A stretch of DNA of 64,000 nucleotides from Octopus sinensis. Its lineage: Eukaryota. Under the pieces are notes generated by a model that saw only the letters and a list, made by a program, of their open reading frames with translations, was not told the origin of the DNA and did not search any database. The first letter of the stretch is position 1. Each line of letters starts with the position of its first letter. Below, in pieces: positions 12,545 to 26,000 of this stretch. Position numbers and translations under genes: made by a program. The stretch spans positions 1 through 64,000 of the forward strand of contig NW_021835471.1 in the NCBI RefSeq assembly GCF_006345805.1, written 5' to 3'.

Positions 12545-14045
12545 AAGACTTCCGTTAAGAAAAGGTCACTAGGCAACACTCATAAGTGCATATGCTTCAA
12601 CTATGAATTCATCAGAGGATGATAAACTTGCCTTCTATCTATCACTTACAGAGATTACACGCAATATCTCCCATGATGACTAAGTTGTCATTTTGGGTGA
12701 TTTTAATGCTCGCGTTGGAGCAGATTGGGAGACTTGGGATGTCCTAGGAAAGCATGGGGTTGGGAATTCAAACAGTAATGGTTTACTACTGTAATGACAT
12801 GCATAAGATCTGGTCATCAAATCTAAGTAGAGACTTCAAACTTGAATTCTTCAAAGCCACAGTCGAACCAATTCTACTATACGGCTCAGAAACCTGGACG
12901 TTATCAAAGAAGCTTGAGAGGCAGTTGGATGGAACTTCATCATCTGAAAAAGATTTTCTAACTATAAAGGGTATGGCCTGCTCAGCCTGTAATGACATGC
13001 ATAAGATCTGGTCACCAAATCTAAGTAGAGACTTCAGACTTGAAATCTTCAAAGCCACAGTCAAACCAATTCTACTATACGGCTCAGAAACCTGGACGTT
13101 ATCAAAGAAGCTTGAGAAGCGATTAGATGGAACCTACACTCGCCTCCTTATGAGGGCTCAAAATCTCTCATGGAAGCGCCATCCAACCTAAGTACAAATA
13201 TATGGGAAACTACCACCTGTGTAATCTCTTGTGAAAGGTAGGAGAGTCCAGTTTGCTGGACATTGTTGTAGAGCTGAAAAAGCGGTAATTTCTCCTCTTC
13301 TCCTCTTGAAGCCATCTACCCGCAATACCAGAGGGTGCACATTCTCCTACACTGATGTAATCTCCAGGGATACAGGCATCCAGCAACAGGACCTCCGTAA
13401 TGCTATGATGGACCGTGAAGTCTGGCGTAGCATGGTAAATTCCATTGTCTCGACCACGGTCGCGATACCAGAGGGTGCACACTCTCCTACCCTGATGTAA
13501 TCTCCAGGTATACAGGCATCCAGCAACAGGACCTCCGTAATGCCATGATGGACCGTGAAGTCTGGCGTAGCATGGTAAATTCCATTGTCTCGACCACGGT
13601 CATACAACGATGATGACTCTTACAAATGTGCGTAGAGATGGATTTGTGTGTCATGATTACAATGTTTCAACTATAGAATAAGTATAAAATGACATGGATG
13701 CAACCTGGGTCTAAGAAACGGCATCTTATAGATTACATCCTCACCAGGAAACGAAACACTAAGGACTTTGCTATTGTACGAGTGATGCTTGGAGCAGAGT
13801 GCTGAGTTGGCCACAGGCTTTTGTGTGCTAAGGTAAATTTTGTTGTCAAGCCTAAGGTTAGAGTAAATAAGGACAAGGTACCTAAACGGATTGATGCCAA
13901 TAAACTTAAGATTCCAACAGTACTCAGTGAGTTTGTGAGTGAGATAACGAATTTATCCTGTGATGGAAGCTGGAAGTTATTCAAAGAAAGAGCGTATGAG
14001 ATTTGTAGTATCATTCTTGGATTTGTTGTAAAAAGAAAACACCAA
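12545..14045 (+). mobile_element. Decayed RTE-type LINE, AP-endonuclease and linker region, interrupted by a nested insertion at 12791-13615
   Basis: Translates ATLISAYASTM...[35 protein letters not shown], resuming at 13617 as LQMCVEMDL...HLIDYILTRK...HRLLCAKV...ILGFVVKRKHQ; several stop codons. Confidence 0.85.
12791..13615 (+). mobile_element. 5'-truncated non-LTR retrotransposon 3' end (RT thumb/C-terminus) nested in the RTE copy; internal and 3'-terminal duplications
   Basis: KATVEPILLYGSETWTLSKKLE (twice), RRVQFAGHC, DREVWRSMV (twice), short GAT tail; ACT repeated on both sides (12788-12790, 13616-13618). Confidence 0.85.
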
Positions 14046-17000
14046 GAAGTTAATCTTATCTTAGATTAACTTAGATTATCTTAGATTTGTAGTAACATTC
14101 TTGGATTTGTTGCAAAAAAAAACCACCAAGATTGGTGTGATGATAATTATGAAGAAGTTAATCTTATCTTAGATTAACTTAGATTATCTTAGATTTGTAG
14201 TAACATTCTTGGATTTGTTGTAAAAAAATCACCAAGATTGGTTTGATGATAATGATGAAGAAGTTAATCTTATCTTAGATTAAATTAGATTATCTTAGAT
14301 TTGTAGTAACATTCTTGGATTTGTTGTAAAAAAACACCAAGATTGGTTTGATGATAATGATGAAGAAGTTAATCTTATCTTAGATTGACTTAGATTATCT
14401 TAGATTTGTAGTAACATTCTTGGATTTCTTGTAAAAAAAAACACCAAGATTGGTTTGATGATAATGATGAAGAAGTTAATCTTATCTTAGATTGACTTAG
14501 ATTATCTTAGATTTGTAGTAACATTCTTGGATTTGTTGTAAAAAAACACCAAGATTGGTTTGATGATAATGATGAAGAAGTTAATCTTATCTTAGATTGA
14601 CTTAGATTATCTTAGATTTGTAGTAACATTCTTGGATTTGTTGTAAAAAAAACACCAGATTGGTTTGATGATAATGATGAAGAAGTTAATCTTATCTTAG
14701 ATTGACTTAGATTATCTTAGATTTGTAGTAACATTCTTGGATTTGTTGTAAAAAAAACACCAAGATTGGTTTGATGATAATGATGAAGAAGTTAATCTTA
14801 TCTTAGATTAACTTAGATTATCTTAGATTTGTAGTAACATTCTTGGATTGTTGTAAAAAAACACCATGATTGGTTTGTGATGATAATGATGAAGAAGTTA
14901 ATCTTATCTTAGATTAACTTAGATTATCTTAGATTTGTAGTAACATTCTTGGATTTGTTGTAAAAAAAAACCAGATTGGTTTGATGATAATGATGAAGAA
15001 GTTAATCTTATCTTAGATTAACTTAGATTACCTTAGATTTGTAGTAACATCTTCTTGGATTTGTTGTAAAAAAAACACCATGATTGGTTTGAATAATGAT
15101 GAAGAAGTTAATCTTATCTTAGATTAACTTAGATTACCTTAGATTTGTAAAACATTCTTGGATTTGTTGTAAAAAAAACACCATGATTGGTTTGATGATA
15201 ATGATGAAGAAGTTAATCTTATCTTAGATTAACTTAGATTATCTTAGATTTGTGTAGTAACATTCTTGGACTTGTTGTAAAAAAAACACCAAGATTGGTT
15301 TGATGATAATGATGAAGAAGTTAATCTTATCTTAGATTAACTTAGATTATCTTAGATTTGTAGTAACATTCTTGGATTTGTGTAAAAAAAAAAAACCAAG
15401 ATTGGTTTGATGATAATGATGAAGAAGTTAATCTTATCTTAGATTAACTTAGATTATCTTAGATTTGTAGTAACATTCTTGGATTTGTTGTAAAATAAAA
15501 CACCAAGATTGGTTTGATGATAATGATGAAGAAGTTAATCTTATCTTAGATTAACTTAGATTATCTTAGATTTGTAGTAACATTCTTGGATTTGTTGTAA
15601 AAATAAAACACCAAGATTGGTTTGATGATAATGATGAAGAAGTTAATCTTATCTTAGATTAACTTAGATTATCTTAGATTTGTAGTAACATTCTTGGATT
15701 GTTGTAAAAATAAAACACCAAGATTGGTTTGATGATAATGATGAAGAAGTTAATCTTATCTTAGATTAACTTAGATTATCTTAGATTTGTAGTAACATTC
15801 TTGGTTTGTTGTAAAAATAAAACACCAAGATTGGTTTGATGATAATGATGAAGAAGTTAATCTTATCTTAGATTGACTTAGATTTGTAATAACATTCTTG
15901 GATTTGTTGTAAAAATAAAACACCAAGATTGGTTTGATGATAATGATGAAGAAGTTAATCTTATCTTAGATTAACTTAGATTACCTTAGATTTGTAGTAA
16001 CATTCTTGGATTTGTTGTAAAAAAACACCAAGATTGGTTTGATGATAATGATGAAGAAGTTAATCTTATCTTAGATTAACTTAGATTATCTTAGATTTGT
16101 AGTAACATTCTTGGATTTGTTGTAAAAAAAAACACCAAGATTGGTTTGATGATAATGATGAAGAAGTTAATCTTATCTTAGATTAACTTAGATTATCTTA
16201 GATTTGTAGTAACATTCTTGGATTTGTTGTAAAAAAAACACCAAGATTGGTTTGATGATAATGATGAAGAAGTTAATCTTATCTTAGATTAACTTAGATT
16301 ATCTTAGATTTGTAGGAACATTCTTGGATTTGTTGTAAAAAAAAACACCAAGATTGGTTTGATGATAATGATGAAGAAGTTAATCTTATCTTAGATTGAC
16401 TTAGATTATCTTAGATTTGTAGTAACATTCTTGGATTTGTTGTAAAAAAAAACACCAAGATTGGTTTGATGATAATGATGAAGAAGTTAATCTTATCTTA
16501 GATTAACTTAGATTATCTTAGATTTGTAGTAACATTCTTGGATTTGTTGTAAAAAAAAACACACAAGATGATTGGTTTGATGATAATGATGAAGAAGTTA
16601 ATCTTATCTTAGATTGACTTAGATTATCTTAGATTTGTAGTAACATTCTTGGATTTGTTGTAAAAAAAACACCAAGATTGGTTTGATGATAATGATGAAG
16701 AAGAAGTTAATCTTATCTTAGATTAACTTAGATTATCTTAGATTTGTAGTAACATTCTTGGATTTGTTGTAAAAAAAACACCAAGATTGGTTTGATGATA
16801 ATGATGAAGAAGTTAATCTTATCTTAGATTTACTTAGATTATCTTAGATTTGTAGGAACATTCTTGGATTTGTTGTAAAAAAAACACCAAGATTGGTTTG
16901 ATGATAATGATGAAGAAGTTAATCTTATCTTAGATTAACTTAGATTATCTTAGATTTGTAGGAACATTCTTGGATTTGTTGTAAAAAAACACCAAGATTG

Positions 17001-20000
17001 GTTTGATGATAATGATGAAGAAGTTAATCTTATCTTAGATTTACTTAGATTATCTTAGATTTGTAGGAACATTCTTGGACTTGTTGTAAAAAAAACACCA
17101 AGATTGGTTTGATGATATGATGAGAAGTTAATAATCTTATCTTAGATTTACTTAGATTATCTTAGATTTGTAGTAACATTCTTGGATTTGTTGTAAAAAA
17201 AAACACCAAGATTGGTTTGATGATAATGATGAAGAAATTAATCTTATCTTAGATTAACTTAGATTATCTTAGATTTGTAGTAACATTCTTGGATTTGTTG
17301 TAAAAAAAACACCAAGATTGGTTTGATGATAATGATGAAGAATTAATCTTATCTTAGATTAACTTAGATTATCTTAGATTTGTAGTAACATTCTTGGATT
17401 TGTTGTAAAAAAAAACACCAAGATTGGTTTGATGATAATGATGAAGAAGTTAATCTTATCTTAGATTAACTTAGATTATCTTAGATTTGTAGTAACATTC
17501 TTGGATTTGTTGTAAAAAAAAAACACCAAGATTGGTTTGATGATAATGATGAAGAAGTTAATCTTATCTTAGATTAACTTAGATTATCTTAGATTTGTAG
17601 TAACATTCTTGGATTTGTTGTAAAAAAAAACACCAAGATTGGTTTGATGATAATGATGAAGAAGTTAATCTTATCTTAGATTAACTTAGATTATCTTAGA
17701 TTTGTAGTAACATTCTTGGATTTGTTGTAAAAAAAACACCAAGATTGGTTTGATGATAATGATGAAGAAGTTAATCTTATCTTAGATTAACTTAGATTAT
17801 CTTAGATTTGTAGTAACATTCTTGGATTTGTTGTAAAAAAAAACCAAGATTGGTTTGATGATAATGATGAAGAAGTTAATCTTATCTTAGATTAACTTAG
17901 ATTATCTTAGATTTGTAGTAATTATTCTTGGATTTTTGTAAAAAAAACACCAAGATTGGTTTGATGATAATGATGAAGAAGTTAATCTTATCTTAGATTT
18001 ACTTAGATTATCTTAGATTTGTAGGAACATTCTTGGACTTGTTGTAAAAAAAAACACCAAGATTGGTTTGATGATAATGATGAAGAAGAATCTTATCTTA
18101 GATTTACTTAGATTATCTTAGATTTGTAGTAACATTCTTGGATTTGTTGTAAAAAAAACACCAAGATTGGTTTGATGATAATAATGAAGAAGTTAATCTT
18201 ATCTTATTTACTTAGATTATCTTAGATTTGTAGTAACATTCTTGGATTTGTTGTAAAAAAAACACCAAGATTGTTTGATGATAATGATGAAGAAGTTAAT
18301 CTTATCTTAGATTACTTAGATTATCTTAGATTTGTAGGAACATTCTTGGATTTGTTGTAAAAAAAACACCAAGATTGGTTTGATGATAATGATGAAGAAG
18401 TTAATCTTATCTTAGATTACTTAGATTATCTTAGATTTGTAGGAACATTCTTGGATTTGTTGTAAAAAAAACACCAAGATTGGTTTGATGATAATGATGA
18501 AGAAGTTAATCTTATCTTAGATTAACTTAGATTATCTTAGATTTGTAGTAACATTCTTGGACTTGTTGTAAAAAAACACCAAGATTGGTTTGATGATAAT
18601 GATGAAGAAGTTAATCTTATCTTAGATTACTTAGATTATCTTAGATTTGTAGTAACATTCTTGGATTTGTTGTAAAAAAAACACCAAGATTGGTTTGATG
18701 ATAATGATGAAGAAGTTAATCTTATCTTAGATTTACTTAGATTATCTTAGATTTGTAGTAACATTCTGGATTTGTTGTAAAAAAACACCAAGATTGGTTT
18801 GATGATAATGATGAAGAAGTTAATCTTATCTTAGATTTACTTAGATTATCTTAGATTTGTAGTAACATTCTTGGACTTGTTGTAAAAAAAACACCAAGAT
18901 TGGTTTGATGATAATGATGAAGAAGTTAATCTTATCTTAGATTAACTTAGATTATCTTAGATTTAGTAACATTCTTGGATTGTTGTAAAAAAAACACCAA
19001 GATTGGTTTGATGATAATGATGAAGAAGTTAATCTTATCTTAGATTTACTTAGATTATCTTAGATTTGTAGTAACATTCTTGGATTTGTTGTAAAAAAAA
19101 ACACCAAGATTGGTTTGATGATAATGATGAAGAAGTTAATCTTATCTTAGATTTACTTAGATTATCTTAGATTTGTAGTAACATTCTTGGATTTGTTGTA
19201 AAAAAAACACCAAGATTGGTTTGATGATAATGATGAAGAAGTTAATCTTATCTTAGATTTACTTAGATTATCTTAGATTTGTAGTAACATTCTTGGACTT
19301 GTTGTAAAAAAAACACCAAGATTGGTTTGATGATAATGATGAAGAAGTTAATCTTATCTTAGATTTACTTAGATTATCTTAGATTTGTAGTAACATTCTT
19401 GGATTTGTTGTAAAAAAACACCAAGATTGGTTTGATGATAATGATGAAGAAGTTAATCTTATCTTAGATTTACTTAGATTATCTTAGATTTGTAGTAACA
19501 TTCTTGGATTTGTTGTAAAAAAAACACCAAGATTGGTTTGATGATAATGATGAAGAAGTTAATCTTATCTTAGATTTACTTAGATTATCTTAGATTTGTA
19601 GTAACATTCTTGGATTTGTTGTAAAAAAAACACCAAGATTGGTTTGATGATAATGATGAAGAAGTTAATCTTATCTTAGATTTACTTAGATTATCTTAGA
19701 TTTGTATAACATTCTTGGATTTGTTGTAAAAAAACACCAAGATTTGTTTGATGATAATGATGAAGAAGTTAATCTTATCTTAGATTTACTTAGATTATCT
19801 TAGATTTGTAGGAACATTCTTGGACTTGTTGTAAAAAAACACCAAGATTTGTTTGATGATAATGATGAAGAAGTTAATCTTATCTTAGATTTACTTAGAT
19901 TATCTTAGATTTGTAGTAACATTCTTGGATTTGTTGTAAAAAAAACACCAAGATTGGTTTGATGATAATGATGAAGAAGTTAATCTTATCTTAGATTTAC

Positions 20001-23000
20001 TTAGATTATCTTAGATTTGTAGTAACATTCTTGGATTTGTTGTAAAAAAAAACCAAGATTGGTTTGATGATAATGATGAAGAAGTTAATCTTATCTTAGA
20101 TTTACTTAGATTATCTTAGATTTGTAGTAACATTCTTGGATTTGTTGTAAAAAAAACACCAAGATTGGTTTGATGATAATGATGAAGAAGTTAATCTTAT
20201 CTTAGATTTACTTAGATTATCTTAGATTTGTAGTAACATTCTTGGATTTGTTGTAAAAAAAACACACCAAGATTGGTTTGATGATAATGATGAAGAAGTT
20301 AATCTTATCTTAGATTTACTTAGATTATCTTAGATTTGTAGTAACATTCTTGGACTTGTTGTAAAAAAAACACCAAGATTGGTTTGATGATAATGATGAA
20401 GAAGTTAATCTTATCTTAGATTTACTTAGATTATCTTAGATTTGTAGTAACATTCTTGGATTTGTTGTAAAAAAAACACCAAGATTGGTTTGATGATAAT
20501 GATGAAGAAGTTAATCTTATCTTAGATTAACTTAGATTATCTTAGATTTGTAGTAACATTCTTGGACTTGTTGTAAAAAAAACACCAAGATTGGTTTGAT
20601 GATAATGATGAAGAAGTTAATCTTATCTTAGATTAACTTAGATTATCTTAGATTTGTAGGAACATTCTTGGATTTGTTGTAAAAAAAACACCAAGATTGG
20701 TTTGATGATAATGATGAAGAAGTTAATCTTATCTTAGATTATCTTAGATTATCTTAGATTTGTAGTAACATTCTTGGATTTGTTGTAAAAAAAACACCAA
20801 GATTGGTTTGATGATAATGATGAAGAAGTTAATCTTATCTTAGATTTACTTAGATTATCTTAGATTTGTAGTAACATTCTTGGACTTGTTGTAAAAAAAA
20901 CACCAAGATTGGTTTGATGATAATGATGAAGAAGTTAATCTTATCTTAGATTAACTTAGATTATCTTAGATTTGTAGTAACATTCTTGGACTTGTTGTAA
21001 AAAAAACACCAAGATTGGTTTGATGATAATGATGAAGAAGTTAATCTTATCTTAGATTAACTTAGATTATCTTAAATTTGTAGTAACATTCTTGGACTTG
21101 TTGTAAAAAAAACACCAAGATTGGTTTGATGATAATGATGAAGAAGTTAATCTTATCTTAGATTAACTTAGATTTGTAGGAACATTCTTGGACTTGTTGT
21201 AAAAAAAACACCAAGATTGGTTTGATGATAATGATGAAGAAGTTAATCTTATCTTAGATTTACTTAGATTTGTAGGAACATTCTTGGACTTGTTGTAAAA
21301 AAAACACCAAGATTGGTTTGATGATAATGATGAAGAAGTTAATCTTATCTTAGATTTACTTAGATTTGTAGGAACATTCTTGGACTTGTTGTAAAAAAAA
21401 CACCAAGATTGGTTTGATGATAATGATGAAGAAGTTAATCTTATCTTAGATTTTAGATTATCTTAGATTTGTAGAACATTCTTGGACTTGTTGTAAAAAA
21501 ACACCAAGATTGGTTTGATGATAATGATGAAGAAGTTAATCTTATCTTAGATTTACTTAGATTTCTTTGTAGGAACATTCTTGGACTTGTTGTAAAAAAA
21601 ACACCAAGATTGGTTTGATGATAATGATGAAGAAGTTAATCTTATCTTAGATTAACTTAGATTTGTAGGAACATTCTTCTTGACTTGTTGTAAAAAAAAC
21701 ACCAAGATTGGTTTGATGATAATGATGAAGAAGTTAATCTTATCTTAGATTTACTTAGATTTGTAGGAACATTCTGGACTTGTTGTAAAAAAAAACACCA
21801 AGATTGGTTTGATGATAATGATGAAGAAGTTAATCTTATCTTAGATTAACTTAGATTATCTTAGATTTGTAGTAACATTCTTGGACTTGTTGTAAAAAAA
21901 CACCAAGATTGGTTTGATGATAATGATGAAGAAGTTAATCTTATCTTAGATTACTTAGATTATCTTAGATTTGTAGTAACATTCTTGGACTTGTTGTAAA
22001 AAAACACCAAGATTGGTTTGATGATAATGATGAAGAAGTTAATCTTATCTTAGATTTACTTAGATTTGTAGGAACATTCTTGGACTTGTTGTAAAAAAAA
22101 CACCAAGATTGGTTTGATGATAATGATGAAGAAGTTAATCTTATCTTAGATTAACTTAGATTATCTTAAATTTGTAGTAACATTCTTGGACTTGTTGTAA
22201 AAAAAACACCAAGATTGGTTTGATGATAATGATGAAGAAGTTAATCTTATCTTAGATTAACTTAGATTATCTTAGATTTGTAGTAACATTCTTGGACTTG
22301 TTGTAAAAAAAACACCAAGATTGGTTTGATGATAATGATGAAGAAGTTAATCTTATCTTAGATTAACTTAGATTATCTTAGATTTGTAGTAACATTCTTG
22401 GACTTGTTGTAAAAAAAACACCAAGATTGGTTTGATGATAATGATGAAGAAGTTAATCTTATCTTAGATTAACTTAGATTATCTTAGATTTGTAGTAACA
22501 TTCTTGGACTTGTTGTAAAAAAAACACCAAGATTGGTTTGATGATAATGATGAAGAAGTTAATCTTATCTTAGATTAACTTAGATTATCTTAGATTATCT
22601 TAGATTTGTAGTAACATTCTTGGACTTGTTGTAAAAAAAACACCAAGATTGGTTTGATGATAATGATGAAGAAGTTAATCTTATCTTAGATTAACTTAGA
22701 TTATCTTAGATTTGTAGTAACATTCTTGGACTTGTTGTAAAAAAAACACCAAGATTGGTTTGATGATAATGATGAAGAAGTTAATCTTATCTTAGATTTA
22801 CTTAGATTATCTTAGATTTGTAGTAACATTCTTGGATTTGTTGTAAAAAAAAACACCAAGATTGGTTTGATGATAATGATGAAGAAGTTAATCTTATCTT
22901 AGATTTACTTAGATTATCTTAGATTTGTAGTAACATTCTTGGATTTGTTGTAAAAAAAACACCAAGATTGGTTTGATGATAATGATGAAGAAGTTAATCT

Positions 23001-26000
23001 TATCTTAGATTAACTTAGATTATCTTAGATTTGTAGTAACATTCTTGGATTTGTTGTAAAAAAAAACACCAAGATTGGTTTGATGATAATGATGAAGAAG
23101 TTAATCTTATCTTAGATTAACTTAGATTATCTTAGATTTGTAGTAACATTCTTGGATTTGTTGTAAAAAAAACACCAAGATTGGTTTGATGATAATGATG
23201 AAGAAGTTAATCTTATCTTAGATTTACTTAGATTATCTTAGATTTGTAGTAACATTCTTGGATTTGTTGTAAAAAAAAACACCAAGATTGGTTTGATGAT
23301 AATGATGAAGAAGTTAATCTTATCTTAGATTAACTTAGATTATCTTAGATTTGTAGTAACATTCTTGGATTTGTTGTAAAAAAAACACCAAGATTGGTTT
23401 GATGATAATGATGAAGAAGTTAATCTTATCTTAGATTTACTTAGATTATCTTAGATTTGTAGTAACATTCTTGGATTTGTTGTAAAAAAAAACACACCAG
23501 ATTGGTTTGATGATAATGATGAAGAAGTTAATCTTATCTTAGATTAACTTAGATTATCTTAGATTTGTAGTAACATTCTTGGATTTGTTGTAAAAAAAAC
23601 ACCAAGATTGGTTTGATGATAATGATGAAGAAGTTAATCTTATCTTAGATTACTTAGATTATCTTAGATTTGTAGGAACATTCTTGGATTTGTTTAAAAA
23701 AAAACACCAAGATTGGTTTGATGATAATGATGAAGAAGTTAATCTTATCTTAGATTAACTTAGATTATCTTAGATTTGTAGTAACATTCTTGGATTTGTT
23801 GTAAAAAAACAACCAAGATTGGTTTGATGATAATGATGAAGAAGTTAATCTTATCTTAGATTTACTTAGATTATCTTAGATTTGTAGTAACATTCTTGGA
23901 TTTGTTGTAAAAAAAAACACCAAGATTGGTTTGATGATAATGATGAAGAAGTTAATCTTATCTTAGATTAACTTAGATTATCTTAGATTTGTAGTAACAT
24001 TCTTGGATTTGTTGTAAAAAAAACACCAAGATTGGTTTGATGATAATGATGAAGAAGTTAATCTTATCTTAGATTAACTTAGATTATCTTAGATTTGTAG
24101 TAACATTCTTGGATTTGTTGTAAAAAAAAACACCAAGATTGGTTTGATGATAATGATGAAGAAGTTAATCTTATCTTAGAATAACTTAGATTATCTTAGA
24201 TTTGTAGGAACATTCTTGGATTTGTTGTAAAAAAAACACCAAGATTGGTTTGATGATAATGATGAAGAAGTTAATCTTATCTTAGATTTACTTAGATTAT
24301 CTTAGATTTGTAGGAACATTCTTGGATTCGTTGTAAAAATAAAACACCAAGATTGGTTTGATGATAATGATGAAGAAGTTAATCTTATCTTAGATTTACT
24401 TAGATTATCTTAGATTTGTAGTAACATTCTTGGACTTGTTGTAAAAAAAACACCAAGATTGGTTTGATGATAATGATGAAGAAGTTAATCTTATCTTAGA
24501 TTTACTTAGATTATCTTAGATTTGTAGTAACATTCTTGGACTTGTTGTAAAAAAAACACCAAGATTGGTTTGATGATAATGATGAAGAAGTTAATCTTAT
24601 CTTAGATTTACTTAGATTATCTTAGATTTGTAGTAACATTCTTGGATTTGTTGTAAAAAAAACACCAAGATTGGTTTGATGATAATGATGAAGAAGTTAA
24701 TCTTATCTTAGATAACTTAGATTATCTTATCTTAGATTTGTAGTACATTCTTGGATTTGTTGTAAAAAAAACACCAAGATTGGTTTGATGATAATGATGA
24801 AGAAGTTAATCTTATCTTAGATTTACTTAGATTATCTTAGATTTGTAGTAACATTCTTGGACTTGTTGTAAAAAAAACACCAAGATTGGTTTGATGATAA
24901 TGATGAAGAAGTTAATCTTATCTTAGATTAACTTAGATTATCTTAGATTTGTAGTAACATTCTTGGATTCGTTGTAAAAAAAAACACCAAGATTGGTTTG
25001 ATGATAATGATGAAGAAGTTAATCTTATCTTAGATTAACTTAGATTATCTTAGATTTGTAGTAACATTCTTGGACTTGTTGTAAAAAAAAACCAAGATTG
25101 GTTTGATGATAATGATGAAGAAGTTAATCTATCTTAGAATTTACTTAGATTATCTTAGATTTGTAGTAACATTCTTGGATTTGTTGTAAAAAAAACACCA
25201 AGATTGGTTTGATGATAATGATGAAGAAGTTAATCTTATCTTAGATTAACTTAGATTATCTTAGATTTGTAGTAACATTCTTGGATTTGTTGTAAAAAAA
25301 AACACCAAGATTGGTTTGATGATAATGATGAAGAAGTTAATCTTATCTTAGATTTACTTAGATTATCTTAGATTTGTAGTAACATTCTTGGATTTGTTGT
25401 AAAAAAAAAACCAAGATTGGTTTGATGATAATGATGAAGAAGTTAATCTTATCTTAGATTAACTTAGATTATCTTAGATTTGTAGTAACATTCTTGGATT
25501 TGTTGTAAAAAAAACACCAAGATTGGTTTGATGATAATGATGAAGAAGTTAATCTTATCTTAGATTACTTAGATTATCTTAGATTTGTAGTAACATTCTT
25601 GGACTTGTTGTAAAAAAACACCAAGATTGGTTTGATGATAATGATGAAGAAGTTAATCTTATCTTAGATTAACTTAGATTATCTTAGATTTGTAGTAACA
25701 TTCTTGGATTTGTTGTAAAAAAACACCAAGATTGGTTTGATGATAATGATGAAGAAGTTAATCTTATCTTAGATTACTTAGATTATCTTAGATTTGTAGT
25801 AACATTCTTGGATTTGTTGTAAAAAAAAACACCAAGATTGGTTTGATGATAATGATGAAGAAGTTAATCTTATCTTAGATTAACTTAGATTATCTTAGAT
25901 TTGTAGTAACATTCTTGGATTTGTTGTAAAAAAAAACACCAAGATTGGTTTGATGATAATGATGAAGAAGTTAATCTTATCTTAGATTTACTTAGATTAT

